From contig JAKIVU010000002.1 in assembly GCA_022750375.1 (NCBI GenBank), forward strand, positions 38,946 through 102,945: DNA of 64,000 nt, written 5' to 3'. The translations under genes and the position numbers were made by a program. This document shows, one piece after another, positions 1 through 9,500 of the stretch. The notes under the pieces are model-generated. The model saw only the letters and a program-made list of their open reading frames with translations. It was not told the origin of the DNA and ran no database searches. This stretch comes from Thermoplasmata archaeon. GTDB taxonomy: Archaea > Thermoplasmatota > Thermoplasmata > Lutacidiplasmatales > UBA184. Numbering within the stretch: the stretch's first letter is position 1; each line of letters begins with the position of its first letter.

Positions 1-538
1 CGCCCAACGGCACACTGACGGAGTTCCTCAACTGACCGGACCGGACGTCGGCGAGCTGCAACGACCCGCCCCCGAGGTCCGAGACAAGGTCGTTGTCGAG
101 CTCCCAAGCGGCCGCCATGCTGAGGTAGGCGTAGCGGGCCTCCTCGGCGCCCGAAATGATCCGGAGCGAAACGCCGGTCGACCGCTCCACGCGACGGACG
201 AACTCCGCGCCGTTCGGCGCGTCCCGGACCGCGCTCGTAGCGACCGCGATCGTGCGGGTGAGCCCCAACGACCGCACGGTCTGCGCGAAGCTGTCGACCG
301 CGGCGATTCCCCGTTCTATCGCGGCGGCGGTCAGTCGCCCGTCCGGGCCGGTGCCGAGCCCCAGCCGCGGCGACTCCTTGGTCTCGTAGAACGCCCGCAC
401 CGCACCAGAGGCCGCCGCCTCGAACGCGACGAACCGGGCGGTGTTCGACCCGACGTCGATGACCCCGATCGTGCGACCGGGTCGGGCCCGGGTGCCGTTG
501 GCCGCGGCATGGAGCACCACCGAGCGCGCGCGGTCCAC
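1..538 (-). CDS. Ppx/GppA-family exopolyphosphatase/phosphatase, N-terminal part (gene runs off the window start)
   Basis: Manual reverse translation gives an open frame from GTG at 538 to position 1. It reads VDRARSVV..GRTIGVIDVGSNTARFVAFE..AVATSAVRDAPNG..ISGAEEARYAYL..DLGGGSLQL, the ASKHA-fold phosphate motifs typical of Ppx/GppA. It is absent from the ORF track because no stop lies inside the window. Start codon uncertain. Confidence 0.75.
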   Translation of the reverse strand, partial: MDRARSVVLHAAANGTRARPGRTIGVIDVGSNTARFVAFEAAASGAVRAFYETKESPRLGLGTGPDGRLTAAAIERGIAAVDSFAQTVRSLGLTRTIAVATSAVRDAPNGAEFVRRVERSTGVSLRIISGAEEARYAYLSMAAAWELDNDLVSDLGGGSLQLADVRSGQLRNSVSVPLG

Positions 539-559
539 GGCCTCCCACAGGAAGTTTCC

Positions 560-567
560 CTAATAGA
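560..567 (-). promoter_or_regulatory. TATA-like box (tctattag on minus strand) about 25 nt upstream of the Ppx GTG
   Basis: AT-rich octamer in an otherwise GC-rich spacer. Its distance to the start codon fits an archaeal TATA box with a leaderless or short-leader mRNA. Confidence 0.3.
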
Positions 568-723
568 GGTGAGCGAGGATTTTTCGGCCAAGCGAGGGCT
601 TACTATCCGCCGGTCGTCCCGTCCGAGGGGGCGACCACGGCGAGGAGGCCGACGCGACCGCGGGTCCGCCCCGCGCTACTCGCCCAGGAACTCGAACGAC
701 TGCTCGCGGAAGTCGCCGGGTCG

Positions 724-1551
724 GTGGATGAGGTCGTCGCCCGGCCCCACCCCTCCCCGGAGAGCCTCCACGAACTGCACCGGGAGATGCGCCGGTTACG
801 GCACGCCCTCGCGCTCTGGGAGCAGTTGCTCGCGAGCCGTCACCGAGACCTGGTCCTCCCGCTCGATCGGCGCCTCAAACGGCTGGCCCGACTCGTCGGC
901 CGCGTCCGGGACCGCGACGTCGTCATCGAGCTGATCGAAGGGCCGACGCTGCCTCGCCCCGCTCGAGAGGAGATCGCGCTGGTCGCCCGATTGCGCTCGC
1001 GACTGCGCGACGACGCGCGTACCGGCCGGGAGCTGCTTCGGGTGTTCCTCCGGTCCGAGCGCGACGCGCACCTGTTCGAGGGATTTCGCGAGAGCCTCGA
1101 ACTCGCCGTTCGTCCCGGGGCGGGGATCCACCTGGCGAGCACGCTGGAGGAGGAGCAGGCTCGGCGCCACGAAGAGGCTCGGGAGGCCCACCGACGAGCT
1201 CGCCGGCGCCCGACCTCCGTTCGACTCCACCGGTTGCGGATCCAGGTACGCCGACTGCGGCACCTGACGGAGGTGCGCACGCGACTCGAGGGGAAGACCG
1301 GCAACACCCTTCCGCCCGCTATCCGACGCCTGCAAATTCGGCTCGGCCGTCTCCACGACCTCGATATCGTGCTGGGTGACCTCGACCCGGACCTTCGCTC
1401 CACCGACTGGGTTCGGTCGCTGAAGGACGAACGCCGGGCCACTCGCCGCGCGATCCGCGAGTCGATCCGCGCCCACCACTGGCCCAAGATTTCGCTCGTC
1501 CCTCCGGCCCCCGGACGACCCGAACCCCCGACCCGACGCGCACGCTCATAG
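724..1551 (+). CDS. CHAD domain protein
   Basis: Helical, Arg/Leu-rich protein with CHAD-type repeats: HELHREMRRLRHAL, HRLRIQVRRLRHLTEV, IRRLQIRLGRLHDLDIV. Divergent from the Ppx gene. GTG start as listed; the true start could differ. Confidence 0.7.
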   Translation: MDEVVARPHPSPESLHELHREMRRLRHALALWEQLLASRHRDLVLPLDRRLKRLARLVGRVRDRDVVIELIEGPTLPRPAREEIALVARLRSRLRDDARTGRELLRVFLRSERDAHLFEGFRESLELAVRPGAGIHLASTLEEEQARRHEEAREAHRRARRRPTSVRLHRLRIQVRRLRHLTEVRTRLEGKTGNTLPPAIRRLQIRLGRLHDLDIVLGDLDPDLRSTDWVRSLKDERRATRRAIRESIRAHHWPKISLVPPAPGRPEPPTRRARS

Positions 1552-1574
1552 GGCCCGCTCGCTGTCGGCCCGGC

Positions 1575-3086
1575 GTGCCCGACCTGCCCCGCCCGGAGTT
1601 CGACGCCGCGTTGCGCGACGCGCTCGGGGAAACGGGTGCGGTCGGGGCGACCGTGCGACAGCTCGCCACTCGGCTCGACCATCGCCCGGACCGTGTCGAA
1701 CGAGCGCTCACCGAGCTACGGCTTCGCGGGGACGTCGCCCGGTTGGGTCGTGGACTGTACGTTCTCCGGGACTTCGAGCGACTGGACGGTCGGAGCGACT
1801 TTGTCGACCCCGCCGCTTTCGTGGAGCGCTTCGTTCGAGAGAACGGTATCGCCCTCGGCGCGTACGCCGGGCCGATCACGTTCCGCTCCAACGAGTCGCT
1901 TCCCGTTCACCGATGGTGGCCGTACGTGCAGGGCTACTCGGCTGATTTCGTGCGGGGGGTCCTCGATGCCGCCCAGCTCGGCCGTCGGGCCACCGTCCTT
2001 GACCCGTTCGCCGGCAGTGGGACCAGTTTGGTCGAAGCGCGACGGGGAGGCGCCCGAGCGTTGGGGACGGAGCTCCTGGCACCGGCGGTGCTCGCTGCCC
2101 GGGTCAAAACGCGATTCGAACTCCCCGCGCGTGTACTCCGTGCGGGGGGACGGCGCACCGTCGAGCGCGGGCGTCGACGCGCCCCGGGAACGTTGCCGTT
2201 CCTGAGAGAGACTCGACGCCAGTTCGACCCTGGTACGCTGGACGATCTCACTCGCCTTCGCGACGCCCTCCCCCGCGACGAAACCCCGATCACGGAGGCG
2301 TTGCGTCTCGCGTTCGGCCGGATCCTGATCCCGTCGAGTCGGCTCCACCGATCCCCCTGCCTTGGGTACGACCGACGGCATCGGCCGTCGGACCGGAGCC
2401 CCTTCGACCGGTTCCTCGAGGCGGTCGATGAGATGGCGGCCGACCTCGACTCGCTTGCTTCGGAGCGCGCGCACTGGGGTCCCGCGGCCCGGATCGTGGA
2501 AGGCGACTCCCGTACCGTGCGATGGCCGGCAGGGTCCGTGGACCTTGCCGTCACGAGCCCACCCTACGTCAACGGGATGGACTACGTCATGAACTACAAG
2601 ATCGACCTCGCGTGGCTCGGCTATGCCCACTCGTATGCCGACCTCGCGGCGTTGCGCAGCGCCGAGGTCGCCTGCGACAACCTGCCGCGTACGGAGACCC
2701 TGCCCTATCGCTCCGTCTCCGGTTCCATCGACCCGTGGCTCGACGAGATCCTCCCGCGGATCCGCGACAACGTCGCCCGCAAACGCTCCTACCGCCGGGA
2801 CGATGTCCACGCGGTCGTTCGACGGTACTTCTCCGACCTCGTCCCGGTCCTCACGAACGTTCGCGACGCGCTCGCCCCCGGCGGGCGATTCGTGCTGGTG
2901 GTCGGCGACTCCCTCTTAGCCGGCACCTACGTTCCGGCGGACCTGCTGACTGCACGATTGGGCGCTTCGCTCGGTTACCGGATCGTTTCCGTCGAGGTCG
3001 CGCGCCCCCGTCGCAGCGGACAGCGACGTTCGTTCGTCCTGCGGGAGTCGGTCGTGACGCTCGAGCGCCCTCGTTCCGCGGCGTAG
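1575..3086 (+). CDS. DNA (N6-adenine/N4-cytosine-type) methyltransferase with N-terminal winged-helix domain
   Basis: AdoMet motif I VLDPFAGSGTSLVEA near residue 143. Catalytic motif IV VTSPPYVNG near residue 328. HRWWPYVQGYSADFV precedes motif I. N-terminus ATVRQLATRL..LTELRLRGDVARLGRGLYVL looks like a wHTH. Confidence 0.8.
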   Translation: MPDLPRPEFDAALRDALGETGAVGATVRQLATRLDHRPDRVERALTELRLRGDVARLGRGLYVLRDFERLDGRSDFVDPAAFVERFVRENGIALGAYAGPITFRSNESLPVHRWWPYVQGYSADFVRGVLDAAQLGRRATVLDPFAGSGTSLVEARRGGARALGTELLAPAVLAARVKTRFELPARVLRAGGRRTVERGRRRAPGTLPFLRETRRQFDPGTLDDLTRLRDALPRDETPITEALRLAFGRILIPSSRLHRSPCLGYDRRHRPSDRSPFDRFLEAVDEMAADLDSLASERAHWGPAARIVEGDSRTVRWPAGSVDLAVTSPPYVNGMDYVMNYKIDLAWLGYAHSYADLAALRSAEVACDNLPRTETLPYRSVSGSIDPWLDEILPRIRDNVARKRSYRRDDVHAVVRRYFSDLVPVLTNVRDALAPGGRFVLVVGDSLLAGTYVPADLLTARLGASLGYRIVSVEVARPRRSGQRRSFVLRESVVTLERPRSAA

Positions 3087-3131
3087 TGGTCGGGCGGCAG
3101 GTTCATCGCGTCGGGAGCCCCTCTCTCCTCG

Positions 3132-3419
3132 ATGTTCTGTCCCGTCTGTGGTCGTGCGATGACGGGGCCGGCGAGCCCCACCGTCCCGTTCCCGATGTTC
3201 CTGTGCGCGCACCACGGGGTCGTCTACGACCGCCGCCGGGACTCCTGGCACGGATTGCCCGAGGTGGAGACGAAGCTCTGTTGTCCGATCTGCGGCACCT
3301 CGATGGAGTTCGAGCCGAAGGAACCGCCGGCGAGGATCTTCTTCTGCTACCAGTGCGGGACGACGTTCGACAAGGAGCGGGGCACGTGGTACGGACTCGC
3401 GTTCCACCAGGGCCCGTAG
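3132..3419 (+). CDS. Small tandem zinc-ribbon protein (95 aa)
   Basis: Two homologous halves. The first is CPVCGRAM..FLCAHHGVVYDRRRDSWHGL and the second is CPICGTSM..FFCYQCGTTFDKERGTWYGL. Composition is not the Arg/Pro-rich type seen in junk frames. Confidence 0.55.
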   Translation: MFCPVCGRAMTGPASPTVPFPMFLCAHHGVVYDRRRDSWHGLPEVETKLCCPICGTSMEFEPKEPPARIFFCYQCGTTFDKERGTWYGLAFHQGP

Positions 3420-3495
3420 GGTCCGGTGCGACCGGACGTTCCGCTGGAAGCAAACCCTTACCTCCCCTTCCGCCCCGTTCCGGGACGGAGGCGAG

Positions 3496-4248
3496 ATGCC
3501 GCCGCCAGACACCGAGCCACATTTTCTCGAGCCGTTGCTCGGGGTCGTGTTCGACCTCGATGGCACCCTGGTCCTCTCCCACCACGACTTCGGCCGGATG
3601 CGCGCCGAGGTGATCCGTATCGCGGAGCAGCACGGGGTCGTCCCCGGGCATCTCTCGGTCCGGGACCCGATCCACCGGATCGTCGAGACCGCCCGTGAGG
3701 AGCTCGCGAATTCGGGGGCGCCGGAGGGGAACCTCTTCCGGTTCGAAGCGGAGTACCCGAAGCGGATCGACGCGATCGAGGCCGAGGCGCTGCCGCGCAC
3801 GGTCGTACGCCCCGGCGCCGAGTCGCTCTTGCGGGCCCTCAGCGAGCGCGGCTTTCGCCTCGGGGTGCTCACCCGCAGTTCAGAGTACTTCGCCCGGAAC
3901 GCGCTCGCCCGTACGGGTCTCGGCCCGTTCTTCCCGTACCTGCGCAGCCGCAGCGCTCCCGGGCCCCAGAAGCCGTCGCCCGAAGCGCTCCAGCTCCTCC
4001 TCCGGGAGATGGAGATCCCCGAAGACCGAGCCCTGTTCGTGGGCGATCACTTGGTCGATGCCGAATGCGCGACGCGGGCTCGGGTGCGGTTCTACGGGAT
4101 CCTGCCCGACCCGTCGGACCAGAGCCCGGAACCGATGACCGAGGACCGGTTCTTGGCCGGCGGAGCGGCCGCCGTCGCGAAGGATCTGACGGAACTGGCG
4201 CGCCACCTCGACGTCGCGGGTCCGATGCGGCCCACGCCCGCCGGCTGA
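3496..4248 (+). CDS. HAD-superfamily hydrolase (phosphatase-like)
   Basis: Motif I VVFDLDGTLV, motif II LTRS region, motif IV FVGDHLVDAEC. Size of 250 aa is typical. Confidence 0.8.
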   Translation: MPPPDTEPHFLEPLLGVVFDLDGTLVLSHHDFGRMRAEVIRIAEQHGVVPGHLSVRDPIHRIVETAREELANSGAPEGNLFRFEAEYPKRIDAIEAEALPRTVVRPGAESLLRALSERGFRLGVLTRSSEYFARNALARTGLGPFFPYLRSRSAPGPQKPSPEALQLLLREMEIPEDRALFVGDHLVDAECATRARVRFYGILPDPSDQSPEPMTEDRFLAGGAAAVAKDLTELARHLDVAGPMRPTPAG

Positions 4249-4254
4249 TCCCGC

Positions 4255-5298
4255 TCAGAGGTATTCGCCGTACGCGTGGATCACCGCGCGTTCGGCGGTC
4301 GCCCACGCCTCGGGGATCTGGTTCCAGCCGTTCCGCTGGTCGCCCACGCAGTAGAGGCCGGGGATCGGGGCTCCGGTCGCCTCGGTGAGCACCCGGCAAT
4401 CTTCGTCCGTCATCACGTATCCGTCGGCGTCGAACTTTGCGCCGAGCGATCGCGGGAACTCGTGGTGCATGTCGTACCATCCGAGCGCGCTGAAGCCCCG
4501 GTCGTAGCTCCGGTGGCTCCCGTCGGCAAACTTCACGCCGAACCGTTTTTCCCGGATCTCGTCGAACCCGACCACCTCGAGGTCGGTGTGCTGTATCCCC
4601 TTCTCTGCGAGGGTCGCCGCGAGCGGGGCGCGCTCGACCTCGGGGACGCCGTCGAGCAGGGGCTGGCCCAGGGTGAGGAGTTCGACCGACGTCGGCCGGA
4701 AGTGCAGGAGGTCGAGCGCGGTCCGTGCAGCGAACGCATCGTCGCCGAGGACCGCGACCGACCTTCTCGTGAGCTCGTGGCCGTCGCACAGGATGCAGAA
4801 ATCGACGAGCGCCTGGTTCGCCCATGGGAAGATCGGGTCGATCTCTCCGCCCACCGAGGGGATCCGGTCGACGACGCCCTGCGCGAGGACGAGGGCCCGT
4901 CCGCGGACCACGTGGGTCTGCTTCAGCCATTCGAACGTGACGGTATACTCCCGTTCGACTCGCGCCACCGCCACGGCGCGTGCGGGGGTGAAGTAGCCCA
5001 CCGTCTCCGCCTTCCGCACCGCGGCGACCTGTTCGTCGAGAAGCTTGTGGCCGGAGATCCCGCCGGGGAATCCGGGGATGTTGTCCATTCTGGGCGAGTA
5101 GTACGAACGGGAGTACTTCGGTCCGCGGTCCACGATCGCCGCCGAGTGGCCGAGGAGCGACGCCTTAAGGCCCGCCTGGAGCCCCGCGTGTCCCCCCCCG
5201 ATCACGAGGAAGTCGTACGACTCCTGCACGCGAGGAAGGCCCGGCACAGCGTGGACCACCCGCCGCGGGAATTTCAGGCCTCCTTCTTCCGCGCGCAT
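4255..5298 (-). CDS. FAD-dependent pyridine nucleotide-disulfide oxidoreductase (thioredoxin-reductase-like)
   Basis: N-terminal Rossmann motif YDFLVIGGGHAGLQAG. C-terminal GLYCVGDQRNG flavin motif. The central second dinucleotide motif looks degenerate (VAVLGDDAFAA). Confidence 0.75.
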   Translation of the reverse strand: MRAEEGGLKFPRRVVHAVPGLPRVQESYDFLVIGGGHAGLQAGLKASLLGHSAAIVDRGPKYSRSYYSPRMDNIPGFPGGISGHKLLDEQVAAVRKAETVGYFTPARAVAVARVEREYTVTFEWLKQTHVVRGRALVLAQGVVDRIPSVGGEIDPIFPWANQALVDFCILCDGHELTRRSVAVLGDDAFAARTALDLLHFRPTSVELLTLGQPLLDGVPEVERAPLAATLAEKGIQHTDLEVVGFDEIREKRFGVKFADGSHRSYDRGFSALGWYDMHHEFPRSLGAKFDADGYVMTDEDCRVLTEATGAPIPGLYCVGDQRNGWNQIPEAWATAERAVIHAYGEYL

Positions 5299-5393
5299 CG
5301 CGCGGACCCCGGAAATCCGTCGCGCGGACGCTCCGGTGACGGCAAAACTTAAGCCCGAACCTCCTCCTCCTTCGCTTCGGGTTCCTGACGGCT

Positions 5394-6536
5394 GTGCCGG
5401 CCCGCGCCGCGAAGAGCGCGCTGGGGGGGACTCTATTTCTCGAGGACGGGACTCGCTTCGACGGAGAAGGGCTCGGAGCGACCGCTCGCCGCGTCGGCGA
5501 GGTCGTGTTCACGACCGGAATGGTCGGATATCCGGAGTCCCTCACGGACCCATCGTTCCGCGGGCAGATCCTGACGTTCACGTACCCGTTGATCGGGAAC
5601 TACGGCGTTCCCTCGAACGACCTCGACGCGGACGGGCTGCCCCGACTCGAAAGCGGGGAGGTTCAGCCGCGCGGGGTCGTGGTTCGCGGGACGACCGCAC
5701 CGAACCATTGGCAGAGCGAGCGTACGCTGGACGACTGGCTCCGGGCCGAGCGGGTCCCCGGGGTCCGGGGCGTCGATACCCGACGGCTCACCGAGCACCT
5801 GCGGTCGAAGGGAGTCGTTCGGGGCGTCGTCGACGTAGGCCCGCTGGACGACCGACCGTCCGACGAGGAGCTCGCGAAGTCGATCCGCGCCGCCCCGCAG
5901 TACGGGGAGGAGAACTTCATGGCCGAGGTTGCCCCCGCCCGGCCGACACTGATCGTACGCCGAGGAGGGCCCGTGGTCGCAGCGCTCGACTGCGGTATTA
6001 AGGCGAGCATCGTGCGTGCGCTCCTCGACCGGGGCGTCTCGGTCCTCCGACTACCGTACGACCATGAAGTGCCGGCGAAATGGGAGGGTCGCCGCGTCGC
6101 GGGTCTTCTCATCGGGAACGGACCCGGGGACCCGTCGGAGCTCGGCCCGACGATCGAGGAGCTCGCCCGGCCGTCGACCCGCGCCTTTCCGACGCTCGGG
6201 ATCTGTCTCGGACAGCAGCTGATCGCGCTCGCGCGCGGCGCGACCACGTTCAAGCTCAAGTACGGTCATCGGGGCCAGAACAAGACGATCTACTTCTCCG
6301 ACGGACGGGCGCTCATCGTCAGCGAGAACCACGGTTACGCGGTCGACCCCGCCTCGCTCGCCGACACGGGGCTCGACGTCTGGGCCACGAATCCCGACGA
6401 CGGGACCCTCGAAGGATTGCGCGACAGCGGTGGACGGGTCCTGGCGCTGCAGGGCCACCCGGAAGGCCACCCGGGACCGCAGGAGGCCGGGTTCGTCTTC
6501 GACCGGTTCGTCCAGAAGGTGAAGCGTCGCGCATGA
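5394..6536 (+). CDS. carA: Carbamoyl-phosphate synthase small (glutaminase) subunit
   Basis: LFLEDGTRFDGEG, GMVGYPESLTDPSFRGQILTFTYPLIGNYG, catalytic GICLGQQL and GHRGQN motifs. The stop overlaps the carB ATG (ATGA). Confidence 0.95.
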   Translation: MPARAAKSALGGTLFLEDGTRFDGEGLGATARRVGEVVFTTGMVGYPESLTDPSFRGQILTFTYPLIGNYGVPSNDLDADGLPRLESGEVQPRGVVVRGTTAPNHWQSERTLDDWLRAERVPGVRGVDTRRLTEHLRSKGVVRGVVDVGPLDDRPSDEELAKSIRAAPQYGEENFMAEVAPARPTLIVRRGGPVVAALDCGIKASIVRALLDRGVSVLRLPYDHEVPAKWEGRRVAGLLIGNGPGDPSELGPTIEELARPSTRAFPTLGICLGQQLIALARGATTFKLKYGHRGQNKTIYFSDGRALIVSENHGYAVDPASLADTGLDVWATNPDDGTLEGLRDSGGRVLALQGHPEGHPGPQEAGFVFDRFVQKVKRRA

Positions 6537-9500
6537 CGGTCTCCCTCCCTTCGAAGGTGCTGCTCCTCGGCAGCGGTGCCCTCAAGATCGGGGAGGCCGG
6601 GGAGTTCGACTACTCCGGCAGCCAGTGCCTGAAGGCGCTCGAGGAAGAAGGCGTCTACGCGATCGTCGTCAACCCGAATATCGCCACCCTCCAGACGGAC
6701 CCCCCGCGCCGGGGTCGGGTCTACTTTCAACCGCTCGTGCCGGAGTTCGTCGCGCCGATCCTCGAAGCGGAGCGTCCCGAGGGGATCCTGCTCTCGTTCG
6801 GGGGTCAGACCGCGCTCAACTGCGGCGTCCAGCTCTCGGATTCCGGCGCGCTCCGTAAGTCGGGGACTCGCGTCCTCGGCACGCCGCTCACCGGCATCAA
6901 GGCGACCGAGGACCGGGGCAAGTTCGTCCGCATCATGGCCCGGGCGCGGGTGCCGACGCTCCCCAGCCGCGCCGTCTACAACTACGAGGAAGCGGCGGCC
7001 GCCGCCGAGACGCTCGGCTATCCGGTGATGGTCCGGGTCGCCTACACGCTCGGCGGCAAGGGCGGCGGCGTGGCGCTGGACCGAGGGGAACTTCGGGAGG
7101 TCGTCGCCCGCGGCCTCCGCGCGAGCCCGGTCGGTCAGGTGCTCCTCGAACGGTACGTCGGGACGTTCAAGCAGCTCGAGTACGAGGTCGTGCGCGATGC
7201 GAAGGGGAACACGCTCACGGTCTGCAACATGGAGAACGTGCTCAGCATGCGCGTCCACACCGGCGACAACATCGTCGTCGCGCCGAGCCAGACGCTCACC
7301 GACCACGAGTACCAGATGCTCCGCCAGGCGGCGATCCGGGCCGCGGACGCCTGCGGGATCGTCGGCGAGTGCAACATCCAGTTCTGCCTCGACCCGGTGA
7401 GTGAGGAGTACTACGCGATCGAGATCAACGCCCGTCTCTCCCGCTCGAGCGCGCTCGCCAGCAAGGCGACCGGCTACCCGCTCGCGTACGTGGCGGCGAA
7501 GCTCGCGCTCGGATACACGCTCCCCGAGCTGAAGAACCGGATCACCGGCGTCACGACCGCCTGCTTCGAGCCGGCGCTCGACTACGTCGTCGTCAAGCTT
7601 CCGCGGTGGGACCTCGACAAGTTCGAGCGGGCCGACCGTCGCCTCGGGCCCGCGATGAAGTCGGTCGGGGAGGTGATGGGGATCGGCGCGTCGTTCCCCG
7701 AAGCGATCTCGAAAGCCGTGCGCATGAGCGACCCCCGCGCGGACCTCCTGCCGCCCGCCGAGGTCCGGGAGCCGGCGGCGATACTCGCCGACCTCGCCCA
7801 GCCGACGCCCGAGGTCCTGTTCCGGGTCCTCGAGGCCCTGCGGGCCGGGATCGACCCGGAGACGATCGCTCGGGTATCGTGGATCGACCGGTGGTTCGTC
7901 GACTGCCTCGGAGAGATCGAGAGCACGCATCGGGCGCTCGGCGCGGTCGCCGACGGCGACGTGCCGGTACCATTACTACGTCGCGCGAAGGAGCTCGGAT
8001 TCTCCGACCGCGCGGTCGGCCGCACCGCGCGGGTCGACGAGGAGGAGGTGCGCCGTCGCCGCCTCGCGGAAGGGATCCGCCCCCGAGTTCGGATGATCGA
8101 CACGCTCGCGGGGGAGTGGCCCGCCCGAACGAACTACCTCTACCTTACCTACCGCGCGGACGCGGACGACGTGCGTCCGATGCCGAAAGGCTCCGTCCTC
8201 GTCATCGGCGCGGGTCCGTACCGTATCGGCTCGAGCGTGGAGTTCGACTGGTCGACCATGAACCTCGTGGAGGGGCTGAAGGCGGAAGGAGTCCCCGGCG
8301 TCTCCGTCCTCAACTCGAACCCCGAGACCGTCTCCACCGACTACGACCGGTCGGACCGGCTCTACTTCGAGGAGATCACGCTCGAACGGACGCGCGACCT
8401 GTTCGACTTCGAATCGTTCGCCGGGGTCGTCACGTGCGTCGGGAGCCAGCTCGCCCAGAATCTGACCCCGCTCCTCCAGATGTGCGGGGTGCCGATCCTG
8501 GGGACGGCCTCGAAATCGATCGATATGGCGGAGAACCGCGCCGAGTTCGCCCGCCTCGTCGAACGGCTGGAGATCCCCCAACCCGCGTGGCGGGCGTTCA
8601 CGACCGTCGACGAAGCGAGCGGCTTCGCGGACGAGGTCGGCTACCCCGTGCTGGTCCGTCCGTCGTACGTGCTGAGCGGACAGGCGATGCGGGTGATCTG
8701 GGGACGGAACGACCTCGGCCGGTTCCTCTCGCAAGCCGCCCGCGTCTCCCCCGAGCACCCCGTGGTGATCACGAAGTTCATCGAAGGCGCGGACGAGGTC
8801 GAGCTGGATGCGATCTCGGACGGGAAGCGGGTGTTGGTCGCCGGGGTGCTCGAGCACGTCGAGCGGGCCGGGGTCCATTCGGGCGACGCGATCTTCTGCC
8901 TGCCGCCCCGACACACGACGCCCGAGGTGCAGGCGCAGCTGATCGATGCCGCCGGCCGACTCGCGACCACGCTCGCGATCCGGGGCCCGTTCAACGTGCA
9001 GTTCCTCGTGAAGAACGACGCCTACCAGATCATCGAGTTGAATCTCCGGGCGAGCCGCTCCCTCCCGTTCCTCGCGAAGGCGACGGGGGTCCCGCTCCTC
9101 CGGGAAGCGGCGCGCGCGATGCTCGGTCGACCGATCTCGCGGGAGGGCGTCGCGCCCCTGCCTCCCGGGCGGTGGGGGGTGAAGGTCCCCCAGTTCTCGT
9201 TCCTCCAGCTCGCGGGCTCGGACCCGCTGCTGGGCGTCGAGATGCAGTCCACGGGGGAGGTCGCCTGCTTCGGCCCGACGTTCTCCGACGCCCTGGTGAA
9301 GGCGCTGGTGGCGACGGGCGTTCGACTGGTCCCGCGACGCGGCACCGCCTTCCTCTCGGTCGGCGGCCCCGAACTCAAAGAACAGCTCCTCCCCGTCGCG
9401 CACCGGCTACGGACGCTGGGGCTGAAGATCTCGGCCACGGAGGACACGGGTGCGTTCCTCGCCGCCCGGGGGATCCGGGGCGTACGGATCCTGCACAAGG

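Noticed and set aside
6080-6532. N-terminal extensions of listed ORFs: carB 6080-6532, DHH gene 15668-16051, gyrA 16030-17439, aminopeptidase 25211-26344, GT-like 26563-26985, atpE 42157-42645, MBL 13318-14172, MFS 52798-52932, DUF2400 gene 54631-54759
   Set aside because: In each case the extension lies inside the preceding gene or spacer and is Arg/Pro-rich. A canonical N-terminus with ATG or GTG is found at the expected operon junction.
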